The notes beneath the pieces are model-generated. The model did not search any database and had not been told where the DNA came from. It saw only the letters and a program-made list of their open reading frames with translations. Shown here in pieces: positions 1-9,346 of a DNA stretch of 46,693 bases (position 1 is its first letter; each line of letters opens with the position of its first letter). This stretch comes from an uncultured Chryseobacterium sp. (GTDB taxonomy: Bacteria > Bacteroidota > Bacteroidia > Palsa-965), in NCBI GenBank assembly GCA_964394965.1, contig CAYMZV010000002.1, positions 1 through 46,693 of the forward strand, read 5' to 3'. The position numbers and the translations under genes were made by a program.

Positions 1-1427
1 CCTGTTCCCGTTGCCGTAACAACAAAACTCACTGAATCACCAACACAAACCACGTGATTGGTAGGTTGCGTTGTGATGTTGGGAGCAATTGCGCCACAGC
101 CCGGAGGCATGATTGCAAGAATGGCTGATGTGTTTAAAGCGCCTGTTGTTGTAAGTGCCCTGCCGTTAAGCGTAACATTGGTCAGCAAATCCATTGCTCC
201 GTTATTGCAAATAATTGTTCCGTTGAAAATGGAGTTGTCATTTATGCTGACGGCACCGTTGACTTCCCAAAAAACATTTTTCGCTTGTGTGCCATTGATC
301 AGATTCACTTTTGAAGAAACACTTGTAGAAAGTGCACCGTTGATATGAATCAGGAACACAGCGTTTGCATCACCTTCAGCATTGAGATAAAGCGTATCGG
401 TAAATGTGCAAGCCGAATTCATGATGTAAGTGTGCGGTGTAAGAACCAAGTTGTGTCCGAATTGTGCGGGATACAACAGTTCTATATCATAAGGAATTGC
501 ATTGAGATAATTGTAGACGGTGGTCAAATCGGTTGCACAAATGGCTGTTGAACCATCGGGAATCGGATGAATCATTCCGGTAACGAACAAAGGATTGTAA
601 CCTGTTGTCAACCCATTGTTGCTGCCCACATCACCCGTGACATGTGTAACTCCAACATTTGTAACCGGGCCGATGGAAGAAAATAAGGTGTAGCAAGCGG
701 TCGATAAAAGATTCGGTGCAAGCGGTCCGGTCAACAAAAGACTTCCGCAACCGATCGGTGTATATGCCAACACGCCGTCAACAGTGACAGCGCCCGCAGT
801 GGAGAGTGCACGTCCTTCGAGTGTGTCGCCTGTGCTCATGTTGATTGCTGCGTTGTTTGCAATGACAGTTCCGCGCATTGTTGTTCCGGTAGCCATGCTT
901 ACCAAACCTTCAATTTTCCAAAATACATTACATGCCAACGCTCCGTTGATCAACGTGACTTTTGAATTTGCATTTGCTGAAAAAGGCGCTTGGATCTGAA
1001 AAATGAAAACCGCATTCGGATTGTTCTGTCCATCAAGAATGAGATTCAGGTTCAGTGTGGTTGCACTTGAAATGGAATACACCCCTGCATTGAGAATTTG
1101 TCCGTTGCCCAATAAATTTGCCGGAAAGAAAGTCGGGACAGTGGCATTGAGTTGGTTGTACGCGATCAACAAATCGGCAGCACATTGCGCACTTGCCCCA
1201 TCATTGTCGTGCATCACACCATCCACATTTCCGAAGCCCGTGCTCGATCCGCTGTTCGTTCCCACATTTCCCGTAAGGTGCGAAAGTCCTGTATTGCTCA
1301 CTGCACCGACAGTTGTAAACAGAACAAAATCAGCCGCAGTTCCGAGTGGCGGAGCCTGCGCGAAAGCCAATGTTGAGAGCGATAACAGTGCAGCGGTTGT
1401 TATCTTATGTAATAATTTGTTTTTCAT
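1..1427 (-). CDS. Ice-binding-like protein with two tandem DUF3494 domains followed by Ig-like repeats; partial, 3' end runs off the left edge
   Basis: Absent from the ORF track because it leaves the window. Hand translation of the reverse strand from ATG 1427 stays open to base 1. It reads MKNKLLHKITTAALLSLSTLAFAQAPPLGTAADFVLFTTVGAVSNTGLSHLTGNVGTNSGSSTGF...NVFWKIEG...GRALSTAGAVTV. A second unit follows: TACYTLFSSIGPVTNVGVTHVTGDVGSNNGLTTGY...NVFWEVNG...GRALTTTGALN. Then comes APNITTQPTNHVVCVGDSVSFVVTATGTG. A signal peptide is present. Both units align with the paralog at 2397..3509. Confidence 0.8.
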   Translation of the reverse strand, partial: MKNKLLHKITTAALLSLSTLAFAQAPPLGTAADFVLFTTVGAVSNTGLSHLTGNVGTNSGSSTGFGNVDGVMHDNDGASAQCAADLLIAYNQLNATVPTFFPANLLGNGQILNAGVYSISSATTLNLNLILDGQNNPNAVFIFQIQAPFSANANSKVTLINGALACNVFWKIEGLVSMATGTTMRGTVIANNAAINMSTGDTLEGRALSTAGAVTVDGVLAYTPIGCGSLLLTGPLAPNLLSTACYTLFSSIGPVTNVGVTHVTGDVGSNNGLTTGYNPLFVTGMIHPIPDGSTAICATDLTTVYNYLNAIPYDIELLYPAQFGHNLVLTPHTYIMNSACTFTDTLYLNAEGDANAVFLIHINGALSTSVSSKVNLINGTQAKNVFWEVNGAVSINDNSIFNGTIICNNGAMDLLTNVTLNGRALTTTGALNTSAILAIMPPGCGAIAPNITTQPTNHVVCVGDSVSFVVTATGT

Positions 1428-1464
1428 TTTGCTTGATGTTAGTGTGATTTTATTTTTCACTGCT

Positions 1465-1533
1465 CAAAGGTGAGCCGCCGGTCATCCCAAACTGTTACAG
1501 AACTCTTGCGATTAGTTACATCATTCACACATT
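1465..1533 (-). promoter_or_regulatory. Composite stress-regulon promoter element, copy a (drives the gene at 1..1427)
   Basis: In gene orientation: AATGTGTGAATGATGTAACTAATCGCAAGAGTTCTGTAACA, 20 nt, CACCTTTG. The box lies 38 nt from the ATG at 1427. Confidence 0.65.
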
Positions 1534-1621
1534 AGGCTTTCAATGAAAAAGCATTTCCATACCCAAATGAAAACGCTTTTGTCCGATCCGGAATATCGGG
1601 TTGTCTTACAAACCAACCTCC

Positions 1622-2383
1622 TTATTGTGCCAAAAATCCCCCATCGATTTCCATTGCGGTTCCTGTCATGAACGAACTGTCATCGCAAGCGAGAAAAATA
1701 AATGCTGCTGCAATCTCTTCCGATTTGCCCAAACGTTTCATCGGATGCATTGCAACAATCTGCTGCTTGACATCCGCATGAACGTCAAAACCACCCTTGG
1801 TAAGCAAGGGCGTGTCGATGAATGCCGGACAAATTGCATTGATGCGTATCCCGTCGGCAGCGTATTCCAACGCAGCCGTTTGTGTGAGTCCGATCACGCC
1901 GTGTTTTGCCGCAACGTAATGCGATGAAGTGGCGAATCCCACTTTACCCAAAATGGAAGACATATTTATGATCACTCCCCTTTTCTGTTTCAGCATCTGT
2001 GTCAACTCATGTTTCATGCCATTGAATACACCGTTCAAGTTCACACCAATCACTTTCAGCCACGCCTGTTCGCCCATATCACCCACTTTATCGGGTTCGC
2101 CTCCAATGCCGGCATTGTTAAGTGCTACATCAAGCGTTCCGAATGCACTTACCGTTTTTTGAATTGCATTTTCCACTTGTGCAAAAACAGACACGTCGCA
2201 TTCCAAAAAAATCGCGTTCGGGTTTTCATTGCGTATTTCCTGCATTGCCTGATCGACAGTATCGGATTTCATATCTGCTACTGCAACATTGGCTCCTTCT
2301 TTTGCCGCTGCCATTGCACATGCCTTGCCAATACCCGACAATCCTCCAGTGATAAACACCGTTTTGTTTTCCAGCTTTTTCAT
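1622..2383 (-). CDS. Short-chain dehydrogenase/reductase (SDR) family oxidoreductase
   Basis: Track ORF 1622..2434 trimmed to the Met at 2383 just before the Rossmann motif KTVFITGGLSGIGKA. NNAG and the catalytic YVAAKHG (YxxxK) are present. Trimming removes the overlap with the upstream stop at 2397. Confidence 0.85.
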   Translation of the reverse strand: MKKLENKTVFITGGLSGIGKACAMAAAKEGANVAVADMKSDTVDQAMQEIRNENPNAIFLECDVSVFAQVENAIQKTVSAFGTLDVALNNAGIGGEPDKVGDMGEQAWLKVIGVNLNGVFNGMKHELTQMLKQKRGVIINMSSILGKVGFATSSHYVAAKHGVIGLTQTAALEYAADGIRINAICPAFIDTPLLTKGGFDVHADVKQQIVAMHPMKRLGKSEEIAAAFIFLACDDSSFMTGTAMEIDGGFLAQ

Positions 2384-2396
2384 TTTGTGTCGATTT

Positions 2397-3509
2397 TCAT
2401 TTTTGAAAAATTCCATTTCCTGATTTTTCTTCAACAGTCCCGTCCTTGTAATAAATAAATCTCAAGCCTTCATAATCCGCACTCACTTCCTGACCCAACG
2501 CATTTGTCACTCGCACCATTTGCCGAACAACAATCGTATTGTCAATGACAATGATGTCGAATGTGTGGGATTGTCCATTATAATCGGTTTGTTTCAATCG
2601 GTAATAATTCACTGTTTTGTCAAAACCATAATCTGCGAAGGAATAATCATTCGGTTGCGAACTCGTTCCCGCTCCGTTGACTCTTGCGACCTGCGTGAAA
2701 TTTTCCCCGTCGGTTGCTCTTTCCAAGGTGAAATAATCATTATTCGTTTCGGTGGCAGTGGACCACGACAATAGATTGTAAGCATGTTTATCCGATCCAT
2801 TGAAAAACAATAATTCAATCGGTAAAACAATTTGGGAAGGTGAACAGGATAACGAGGCTGTCATTGTAGAAATGTTTATGGCCCCTCCAATGGAAAGTCC
2901 CCTTCCTTCAAGTGTTGAGCCATCCAATAAGTTGAGTGCGCCATTGGCAATTACCGTTCCCTGGAAAACAGAACTGTCGCCCAAATCGAATTCCCCATTC
3001 ACTTGCCAATACACATTGCACATGGAAGCGGAATTGATCAGGATCACATTCGACAATGAGTTTGCAGCCAAAGCGCCGTTGATCTTGAAAATGAATAACG
3101 CATTGGGATCACCTTGGGCATCCAATGTCAAATCGCCATTCAATGATGAAGCTCCCATGCAATAAACATTGGGAGAAAGGATCTGGTTGTTTCCCAATAC
3201 AACTCCTATAACGGTATCACAAGTGATTGCATTCATAAAACTGTAAGCGGAATCCGCATCCGATGCCGCTTGCAATGAAACGGAATCCGTCAAATGGGTT
3301 TGTCCGTTTATTGTTCCGGGAGGAAATCCGGTGAATGCCCCTGCATTTGTACCGATATCACCTGTGGCAACTGTCGCTCCAACATTCGTGAATGCACCGA
3401 CTGCCGTAAACAGGACAAAAGACGATGCCGCCCCCAAATTGGGCGACTGTCCGAAATTCATTTTGGGGAAGAGAACAAATACGAGAATAAATAGCGACTT
3501 ACCTTTCAC
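2397..3509 (-). CDS. Ice-binding-like protein (single DUF3494 domain) with a C-terminal beta-sandwich domain
   Basis: LGAASSFVLFTAVGAFTNVGATVATGDIGTNAGAFTGFPPGTINGQTH, NVYWQVNG and GRGLSIGGAINI match the DUF3494 ice-binding fold signature. The C-terminus carries LPIELLFFNG...NNDYFTLERATDGENF...YYRLKQTDYNGQ. The track start ATG 3548 is only 3 nt from the -7-like box (3551..3558), so it lies upstream of the expected TSS. GTG 3509 gives a signal peptide MKGKSLFILVFVLFPKMNFGQ. The start is inferred. Confidence 0.75.
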   Translation of the reverse strand: MKGKSLFILVFVLFPKMNFGQSPNLGAASSFVLFTAVGAFTNVGATVATGDIGTNAGAFTGFPPGTINGQTHLTDSVSLQAASDADSAYSFMNAITCDTVIGVVLGNNQILSPNVYCMGASSLNGDLTLDAQGDPNALFIFKINGALAANSLSNVILINSASMCNVYWQVNGEFDLGDSSVFQGTVIANGALNLLDGSTLEGRGLSIGGAINISTMTASLSCSPSQIVLPIELLFFNGSDKHAYNLLSWSTATETNNDYFTLERATDGENFTQVARVNGAGTSSQPNDYSFADYGFDKTVNYYRLKQTDYNGQSHTFDIIVIDNTIVVRQMVRVTNALGQEVSADYEGLRFIYYKDGTVEEKSGNGIFQK

Positions 3510-3550
3510 TCCCGTACAATTTATATTGCGAATGAATATCCACAACACAA

Positions 3551-3618
3551 CAAAGGTGAGTCCTTAAGAATGGCAATTGTTACAGAACTCTTTCAATTAC
3601 TTACATCATTCACACATT
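3551..3618 (-). promoter_or_regulatory. Composite stress-regulon promoter element, copy b (drives 2397..3509 plus the SDR)
   Basis: AATGTGTGAATGATGTAAGTAATTGAAAGAGTTCTGTAACA, 19 nt, CACCTTTG. Confidence 0.65.
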
Positions 3619-3690
3619 CGGCGTTCAATGAAAAAGCATTTCCATTCTGGATGAGCATGCTTTTGAAATGATGCCAATGAAGCCATTATT

Positions 3691-4083
3691 TCAGCCAGGA
3701 ACTGTTTGTATTTCCTTTTCCGGTGTTATACATTTCTTCATCATTTCCAACAATGTATCCAATTCAAAAGGTTTGGTGATGTAATCGGCAGCACCCGACT
3801 TCAAAGCATTCGCCTTATCATTCTTTTCGGAAAGTGAACTGCTGAAAATAAAAGGTATGGAGGAAATCTTGGCTGTGTGCAAGAGCAACTGCAACACTTC
3901 ATGACCATCCATCTCACGCATTATTATATCACATATTATCAGGTCAGGCATAAATTCAGTGGCGAGTTCAATTCCCTTTTTCCCGTTATCGGTTGCAAGA
4001 ATCCTATAGCCTTCCATTTCAAGGTACTCGGTCAGGTTATCGAGAATTTCAGGATTGTCCTCGATCAATAAAATTGTTTCCAT
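3691..4083 (-). CDS. Stand-alone response-regulator receiver (CheY-like)
   Basis: ILLIEDNPE, DLIICDIIMREMDG (acceptor Asp) and ADYITKPF are present. There is no output domain. It is the last gene of the long operon that starts at 10573. Confidence 0.85.
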   Translation of the reverse strand: METILLIEDNPEILDNLTEYLEMEGYRILATDNGKKGIELATEFMPDLIICDIIMREMDGHEVLQLLLHTAKISSIPFIFSSSLSEKNDKANALKSGAADYITKPFELDTLLEMMKKCITPEKEIQTVPG

Positions 4084-4130
4084 TATTCATCCTTCCTTTT
4101 AAAGCAGTAATGAAAATATACCCTGAACGA

Positions 4131-5618
4131 TTATTTAACATGCACCATTGCCTTTTCGTCAATATCAATTCCCAATCCCTTTGCAACCGCCATTCCCAAC
4201 TGAACATCAACACGGAAAAAATGGCACAATTGCCTATTGATGATTTCATTTTTTTTCTCACCGCCAATCCCACCCATCGCATTCACAATATTGCTTGCCA
4301 GATTTTTCCTGTCTTGTGCATTCATCGCATCCCGATACAACGCTCCGGGCTGTGAGTAATGATCGTTGTCATTTTCATTGCGGTCAAACCAATCGGCTGT
4401 CACCGATTCCAATTGCATGGGTGATTCCCTATAATTCTCGTCCACAACAATATCATCAAAACTGTTCGGACGGTAATTCACAGTCGATTCCCCATTATCA
4501 CCCACCTGCATGAATCCGTCACGCTGGTAATTTGCAACTGCGTATGGGCACCTGTTCACAGGAATGTTTTCATAATTCACACCCAATCGATAACGGTGTG
4601 CATCGGGATAGGAAAGCAAACGTCCCTGCAACATCTTATCCGGTGAATAACCGATGCCATCAACAACTGCTGCCGGAGCGAAAGCGGATTGCTCGACATC
4701 ACGGAAATAATTCTTCGGGATTTCGTTCAGCTCCATGGTGCCAACAGCGATCAATGGAAAATCCTTGTGAGACCAAACCTTGGTAACGTCGAACGGATTC
4801 CACTTGAAATTTTTCGCCTGTTCATCCGTCATCACTTGAATTGACAGTGTCCATTTGGGGAAATCTTTTCTTTCAATCGCTTCCACCATGTCGCGTTGCG
4901 AATGATCGAGATCAACACTTTTCATTTCAATCGCTTCCTTGTCGGTGAAATTTTTCACTCCTTGCAATGTCTTGAAATGGAATTTCATCCATACCCGTTC
5001 ATTGTTTTTATTGTACATGGAAAAAGTGTGACTGCCGAAACCATTCATGTAACGGTAGGAAAACGGGGTTCCGCGGTCACTCATCAAAATCATTACCTGA
5101 TGAAGGCTTTCCGGATTCAAACTGAAAAAATCCCAAACAGCTGTTGGATTCTTACAATTCGTTTTGGGATCACGCTTTTGTGTGTGAATGAAATGGGAGA
5201 ATTTTTTTGCATCCTTGACAAAAAACACGGGTGTATTGTTCCCGACCAAATCCCAATTGCCATCTTCGGTATAGAATTTAAGCGCAAATCCGCGGGGATC
5301 CCTCTCGGAATCGGCGCTTCCCTTTTCGCCCGCCACCAAAGAGAAACGCGCAAACATTCTTGTCTGTTTGCCGATCTCGGAAAACAATTTCGCCTTTGTG
5401 TATTGCGTAATGTCATGCGTCACCGTAAAAGTTCCGAATGCTCCCGTTCCTTTTGCATGAACAACACGTTCAGGAATTCGTTCGCGGTTGAAATGTGCCA
5501 AGTCTTCGTGCAGAAAATAATCCTGCAATAAAATCGGTCCACGATTGCCAACCGTCATTGAGTTTTCGAATTCGCAATAGGGTCTGCCGCTTGCTGTGGT
5601 TAATTTTCTCTTTTTCAT
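4131..5618 (-). CDS. Monofunctional heme catalase (small-subunit type, 495 aa)
   Basis: FNRERIPERVVHAKGTGAFG, RDPRGFALKFYT, VGNNTPVFF and RLLSYPDAHRYRLG are canonical catalase signatures. Confidence 0.95.
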   Translation of the reverse strand: MKKRKLTTASGRPYCEFENSMTVGNRGPILLQDYFLHEDLAHFNRERIPERVVHAKGTGAFGTFTVTHDITQYTKAKLFSEIGKQTRMFARFSLVAGEKGSADSERDPRGFALKFYTEDGNWDLVGNNTPVFFVKDAKKFSHFIHTQKRDPKTNCKNPTAVWDFFSLNPESLHQVMILMSDRGTPFSYRYMNGFGSHTFSMYNKNNERVWMKFHFKTLQGVKNFTDKEAIEMKSVDLDHSQRDMVEAIERKDFPKWTLSIQVMTDEQAKNFKWNPFDVTKVWSHKDFPLIAVGTMELNEIPKNYFRDVEQSAFAPAAVVDGIGYSPDKMLQGRLLSYPDAHRYRLGVNYENIPVNRCPYAVANYQRDGFMQVGDNGESTVNYRPNSFDDIVVDENYRESPMQLESVTADWFDRNENDNDHYSQPGALYRDAMNAQDRKNLASNIVNAMGGIGGEKKNEIINRQLCHFFRVDVQLGMAVAKGLGIDIDEKAMVHVK

Positions 5619-5671
5619 TTTCGGTTTGTCTTATTGGCAAAAACTCATTGCGGATTATCCTTCACCTGTTT

Positions 5672-6022
5672 TCATTCACTTTTATCTTCATCCAAATCGT
5701 TGTGATCATCCCCACCCAAACTGTAACCGTTATTTTCCTCGTCTTCGCTTCCAACATTTTCCTGCTGATCATCCAATTCAGAACCCGGAATATCCAAATC
5801 ACTTCCTGATAGGTCGTCTTTGAAATCCTTCTCGTTGCCTTTCCCTTCCGTATCGGTTTCGTTTGGTGTTTTTGTTTTGGAAATATCTTCCGGGTTCATA
5901 TCCTGTTCCTCCTTGGCATGATTGAAAATATCTTCACCTACAGGATATAACGGATAACCTTTTTTGTTTTCATTGGCACCGTTTTTCCTTGGCAAATCCG
6001 TATTGTCTTTTTCGTTTTTCAT
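5672..6022 (-). CDS. Small highly acidic protein of unknown function
   Basis: 116-aa ORF rich in D/E/N (GSELDDQQENVGSEDEENNGYSLGGDDHNDLDEDKSE). Its start overlaps the upstream stop (ATGA at 6019..6022), so it is translationally coupled. Confidence 0.55.
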   Translation of the reverse strand: MKNEKDNTDLPRKNGANENKKGYPLYPVGEDIFNHAKEEQDMNPEDISKTKTPNETDTEGKGNEKDFKDDLSGSDLDIPGSELDDQQENVGSEDEENNGYSLGGDDHNDLDEDKSE

Positions 6023-6417
6023 TTTGCATTGTAATAATGGTTTGTAAAATGCTCCCTGACAAAAGCGTGTTGCTGATGATCCGTCATTTTATCGGCCTGT
6101 TGGGTGACGATTCTTATTTTTGCGAAATGATGATCGGCTTTCAGGAGATTGGCCAATTCTGCTTTTGCATCGGTCGGTCCAAAAAGAAGCACCTCTTCGT
6201 AATTCTTGATGACTTCACCCAGTTTTTTATAATATTCTGATTGCTGATGCTGTTCCTTGTTGTGCATCAGGTTTTCGCCCTTGCCCAAGCTGTGCTCCTT
6301 TTCTCGGTGCGTGAATTTTGATTCAAGGCTTTTTGTTTCGATGGGATCTATTGTATATTCCATCAAATGAGCGGTCGAATGATCCATCCAAATGCCCAGG
6401 TATTTTGCTGTTGTCAT
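6019..6417 (-). CDS. Hypothetical protein; weak resemblance to host-attachment / bacterial eRF1-like (baeRF) small proteins
   Basis: 132 aa. YEEVLLFGPTDAKAELANLLKAD...IVTQQADKMTDHQ recalls the layout of the Host_attach family. This is recognition by eye only. Confidence 0.5.
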   Translation of the reverse strand: MTTAKYLGIWMDHSTAHLMEYTIDPIETKSLESKFTHREKEHSLGKGENLMHNKEQHQQSEYYKKLGEVIKNYEEVLLFGPTDAKAELANLLKADHHFAKIRIVTQQADKMTDHQQHAFVREHFTNHYYNAK

Positions 6418-6465
6418 TTTGTTTTATTTATTGTGAAACTGTTAAAGAAAAAGTGTCCGCCGATT

Positions 6466-6990
6466 TTATTTAAGCAACGAAGGATTGAGCATTTCAACTA
6501 CAATCACTCCGCCAACAAGCAGGGTGACGCAGACCAGGAATCCGACCGCCATATACTTGTATCTTTTCGCATCTTTCTTCGCTTCCATCATCTTGAACAG
6601 GTTGAACAATGAAAAATTTATTTTCCTGAATTTTGTTTCTGTCTTGACAACATAGTCGGAAGCGCCGTGCTTGAATGATTTCAGTGCAATGTCAATGTTG
6701 TCTTCACTGGTCAGCATGATGACATTGGTATCATGACTTTCCTTTTTGATCAGATCCAAAACCTTGATGCCATTCATCGCATCCGGATTTATACTATTGA
6801 GATTATAGTCAAGGATAACCACTTGGGGCTTGTCTTCCGCATATTTCTTCATGCAACTCTCTCCCGTTTCAAACGAATGGATCTTGATGGGCATTTTTGC
6901 AAAAGCCGTTTCGATATCGGCCTTCAGCGCAAGTTGAAATACCTTATTGTCTTCAACAATGAAAATATTTATCTGGTTCTTCGAGTTCAT
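6466..6990 (-). CDS. Receiver domain protein with a C-terminal transmembrane anchor
   Basis: IFIVEDNKVF, VVILDYNLNS (acceptor Asp), MLTSEDN and GASDYVVK form a REC domain. A hydrophobic helix YMAVGFLVCVTLLVGGVIVVEML follows at the C-terminus. Confidence 0.8.
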   Translation of the reverse strand: MNSKNQINIFIVEDNKVFQLALKADIETAFAKMPIKIHSFETGESCMKKYAEDKPQVVILDYNLNSINPDAMNGIKVLDLIKKESHDTNVIMLTSEDNIDIALKSFKHGASDYVVKTETKFRKINFSLFNLFKMMEAKKDAKRYKYMAVGFLVCVTLLVGGVIVVEMLNPSLLK

Positions 6991-7032
6991 GATTTTTGTT
7001 TTTTTGTTTTACATTCCAATATGGAATGCATT

Positions 7033-7503
7033 TCATTCGAGTAAATTCATTGTATTGATGTATTGCTCCACTTTACTGAAGGCCTGTTCATCCTTTCGCA
7101 AATAGGTGCAACCATATTCCGCAAGCGCCTTTACAAAAACATTCAATTCGGTTTGGGCGCTCAGCAAAATGATATTCGTATTGGCTTTCATCGACTTTAT
7201 TTTTTTTATGATCGACAATCCGGTAGCGGCATCACCTAGGTTCGTATTCAACAAATGATCCATGATGATGACAATCGGATTCCGGTGCAATTCCATCAAG
7301 CAGGTTTCCCCAACGGAAAATATCTTTATTTCAACCCGCGGAAAACGAATGCTCAAAAAACCTTTCAAGGACTTTGCATATACTTCATTGTCTTCCACAA
7401 TAAATATTATTTTTTTAGGTGACGCGATATTCTTGAAAAATCGGGTGAGCATATTCACTTTCCTGACAGGGTTTTGAAACTTAGGCACAGTTGAGTTTTT
7501 CAT
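7033..7503 (-). CDS. Stand-alone receiver domain protein
   Basis: KIIFIVEDNEVYAKSL, VIIMDHLL and ILLSAQTE are present. The start is uncertain: ATG 7503 overlaps the Hpt gene by 23 nt, while Met 7452 is the alternative. Confidence 0.7.
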   Translation of the reverse strand: MKNSTVPKFQNPVRKVNMLTRFFKNIASPKKIIFIVEDNEVYAKSLKGFLSIRFPRVEIKIFSVGETCLMELHRNPIVIIMDHLLNTNLGDAATGLSIIKKIKSMKANTNIILLSAQTELNVFVKALAEYGCTYLRKDEQAFSKVEQYINTMNLLE

Positions 7504-7849
7504 TTTCTATTTCCCGGACAGCCTGCTTGCATATCAAAACAAGTTGCCCGTTCAGTTCCTTTATCTTTTCAATGTTTACCCCTGCGGTTCCAAGATTTTC
7601 CATTTCCTGCAAAATGGGAGTGAGCACGGAAATACCCATAATGGAAACGGATGACCGCATGGTGTGGGAAAATTTCTTGATGATCAAAAAATCCGTCCTT
7701 TCTATCGCATCCTTGATGGATTTGAGTTCTTCCTGGATCTGTTCGAGGAAAGCATCCATGATTTCCCTGATCAACAGTTTTTTTCCGCCCATCATCTCGT
7801 TGAGATAATTCAGGTCACACACATTTTGAATATTATTTTCGATTGGCAT
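7481..7849 (-). CDS. Hpt (histidine phosphotransfer) domain protein
   Basis: 122-aa helical protein with an Hpt-type motif FSHTMRSSVSIMGI, lying between a hybrid kinase and receivers. Confidence 0.75.
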   Translation of the reverse strand: MPIENNIQNVCDLNYLNEMMGGKKLLIREIMDAFLEQIQEELKSIKDAIERTDFLIIKKFSHTMRSSVSIMGISVLTPILQEMENLGTAGVNIEKIKELNGQLVLICKQAVREIENEKLNCA

Positions 7850-7853
7850 TTTA

Positions 7854-9335
7854 TCAGCAGTTAAGGGTTAAATCATATATTTTTTCAAAAAGCAGATTTG
7901 CATTGATGGGTTTTGAAATGTAATCGTTCATTCCCAAGCTCAGGCAACGTTCCTTTTCACCCGCCATGGCATGGGCGGTCATTGCGATGATCGGAATATT
8001 GTTTTTCATTTCATGGCGGATAATGGTCGCGGCTTCGTATCCATTCATCACCGGCATTTCCATATCCATGAGGATGATGTCAAAATTATTTTCGCGGATT
8101 TTTTCGATTCCCACACTTCCATTTTCCGCCACTTGCAATTTCATGCTGTTCTCCGAGAACAAACTTAAAATCAGTTTCACATTCAACTGGTTGTCTTCAA
8201 CCAACAGGATATTCAACCGGCTGAGTTTTTCGAGATTGTATTTTTCTCCCGTGACCTCTGCAATCGGCAAAATTTCAGCTGATCTTTTGTAGGGAATGCA
8301 AAATGAAAATGTCGAGCCTACCTTGATTTCACTTTTAACCGACAACGTTCCACCTTGAAGTTCGACCAATTGTTTTGCAATGCTCAACCCCAATCCGGTG
8401 CCGCCGTATTTCCTTGTTGTATGGGATTCCGCTTGACGAAACCGTTCGAAGATATGTTCGAGTTTATCCGGGGTTATTCCAATTCCGGTATCCTGCACTG
8501 AAAATTCCAACAGCGTAATTCCATCTCCACGAAGATGTTGAGACTGGCACGAATTATCCTTTAAGACTTTTACGCGAACATTTATTTTTCCCTTTTGGGT
8601 GAACTTGATCGCATTTCCTGCGAGGTTGAGAATAATCTGCGTAAGACGTGTGGGATCGCCAAGCAGACGATCGGGAACATTATCCTCACACTTGAATACG
8701 AATTCAAGGTTTTTTTCTTTTGCCTTTTCCCCCAACATGATATTAAGGGACGCAAAAATTTCCTTGACACTGAAAGTATGTTCTTCAAAAGCCATCATTC
8801 CGGCTTCAATTTTTGAAATGTCAAGTATGTCGTTGATGATTGTCAGCAGGTTTTCTCCAGCCGTTTTAATTGTCTTGACATATTCCCTTTCTTTTTCTTC
8901 CAGATTTCCCTTCGACAGAATATCCGAAAAGCCAATGATGGCATTCATCGGTGTACGGATTTCATGGCTCATGTTGGCAAGAAACGCCTCTTTCAATTTG
9001 GTCGACTCTTCCGCTTTTTCTTTCGCTTCACTGTAATCTTCGAGAATATTGAGAACGGCACGCTGTGTATTTTCCAAATGGATTTTTTCTTCGCTGTAAT
9101 CATCCAGGATATTCAGCAGGGCGCGTTGACTGTCTTCGGAATGGTATTTCTCTTCGGAATAATCATCCAGAATATTCAGCAATGCCTTTTCGGTATCCTG
9201 CAAATCGATTTTCTCTTCGGAAATGGTTTCCTCAGTGTTTTCCGGATTTCTTTTGGATTTCCAGGCTTCGATGTCGATTCCGCTGTTCGGTGATGAAGAC
9301 ATTTGTATTTTATTTTTTCGGGTTGATGAAATCAT
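7854..9335 (-). CDS. Soluble hybrid sensor histidine kinase (coiled coil, HisKA, HATPase, REC)
   Basis: The N-terminus repeats ALLNILDDYSEEK three times. FLANMSHEIRTPMNAIIGF (H-box), GGTGLGLSIAKQLVELQGG (G2), and REC ILLVEDNQLN...DIILMDMEMPVMNG are present. I saw no TM segment or sensor domain. Confidence 0.9.
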   Translation of the reverse strand: MISSTRKNKIQMSSSPNSGIDIEAWKSKRNPENTEETISEEKIDLQDTEKALLNILDDYSEEKYHSEDSQRALLNILDDYSEEKIHLENTQRAVLNILEDYSEAKEKAEESTKLKEAFLANMSHEIRTPMNAIIGFSDILSKGNLEEKEREYVKTIKTAGENLLTIINDILDISKIEAGMMAFEEHTFSVKEIFASLNIMLGEKAKEKNLEFVFKCEDNVPDRLLGDPTRLTQIILNLAGNAIKFTQKGKINVRVKVLKDNSCQSQHLRGDGITLLEFSVQDTGIGITPDKLEHIFERFRQAESHTTRKYGGTGLGLSIAKQLVELQGGTLSVKSEIKVGSTFSFCIPYKRSAEILPIAEVTGEKYNLEKLSRLNILLVEDNQLNVKLILSLFSENSMKLQVAENGSVGIEKIRENNFDIILMDMEMPVMNGYEAATIIRHEMKNNIPIIAMTAHAMAGEKERCLSLGMNDYISKPINANLLFEKIYDLTLNC

Positions 9336-9346
9336 TTCAGCAAAAA

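Noticed and set aside
58-1473. Plus-strand track ORFs 58..348, 345..551, 784..999, 1003..1473 and 1152..1376
   Set aside because: They are antisense to a continuous minus-strand frame that encodes two recognisable DUF3494 domains. Their translations have no recognisable features.
4552-4590. TGTTCACAGGAATGTTTTCATAATTCACAC inside the catalase gene, which resembles the regulon motif
   Set aside because: The spacing between the two halves is about 8 nt too short. No CAnnTTTG box follows at 20 nt. The sequence lies inside a well-supported CDS.
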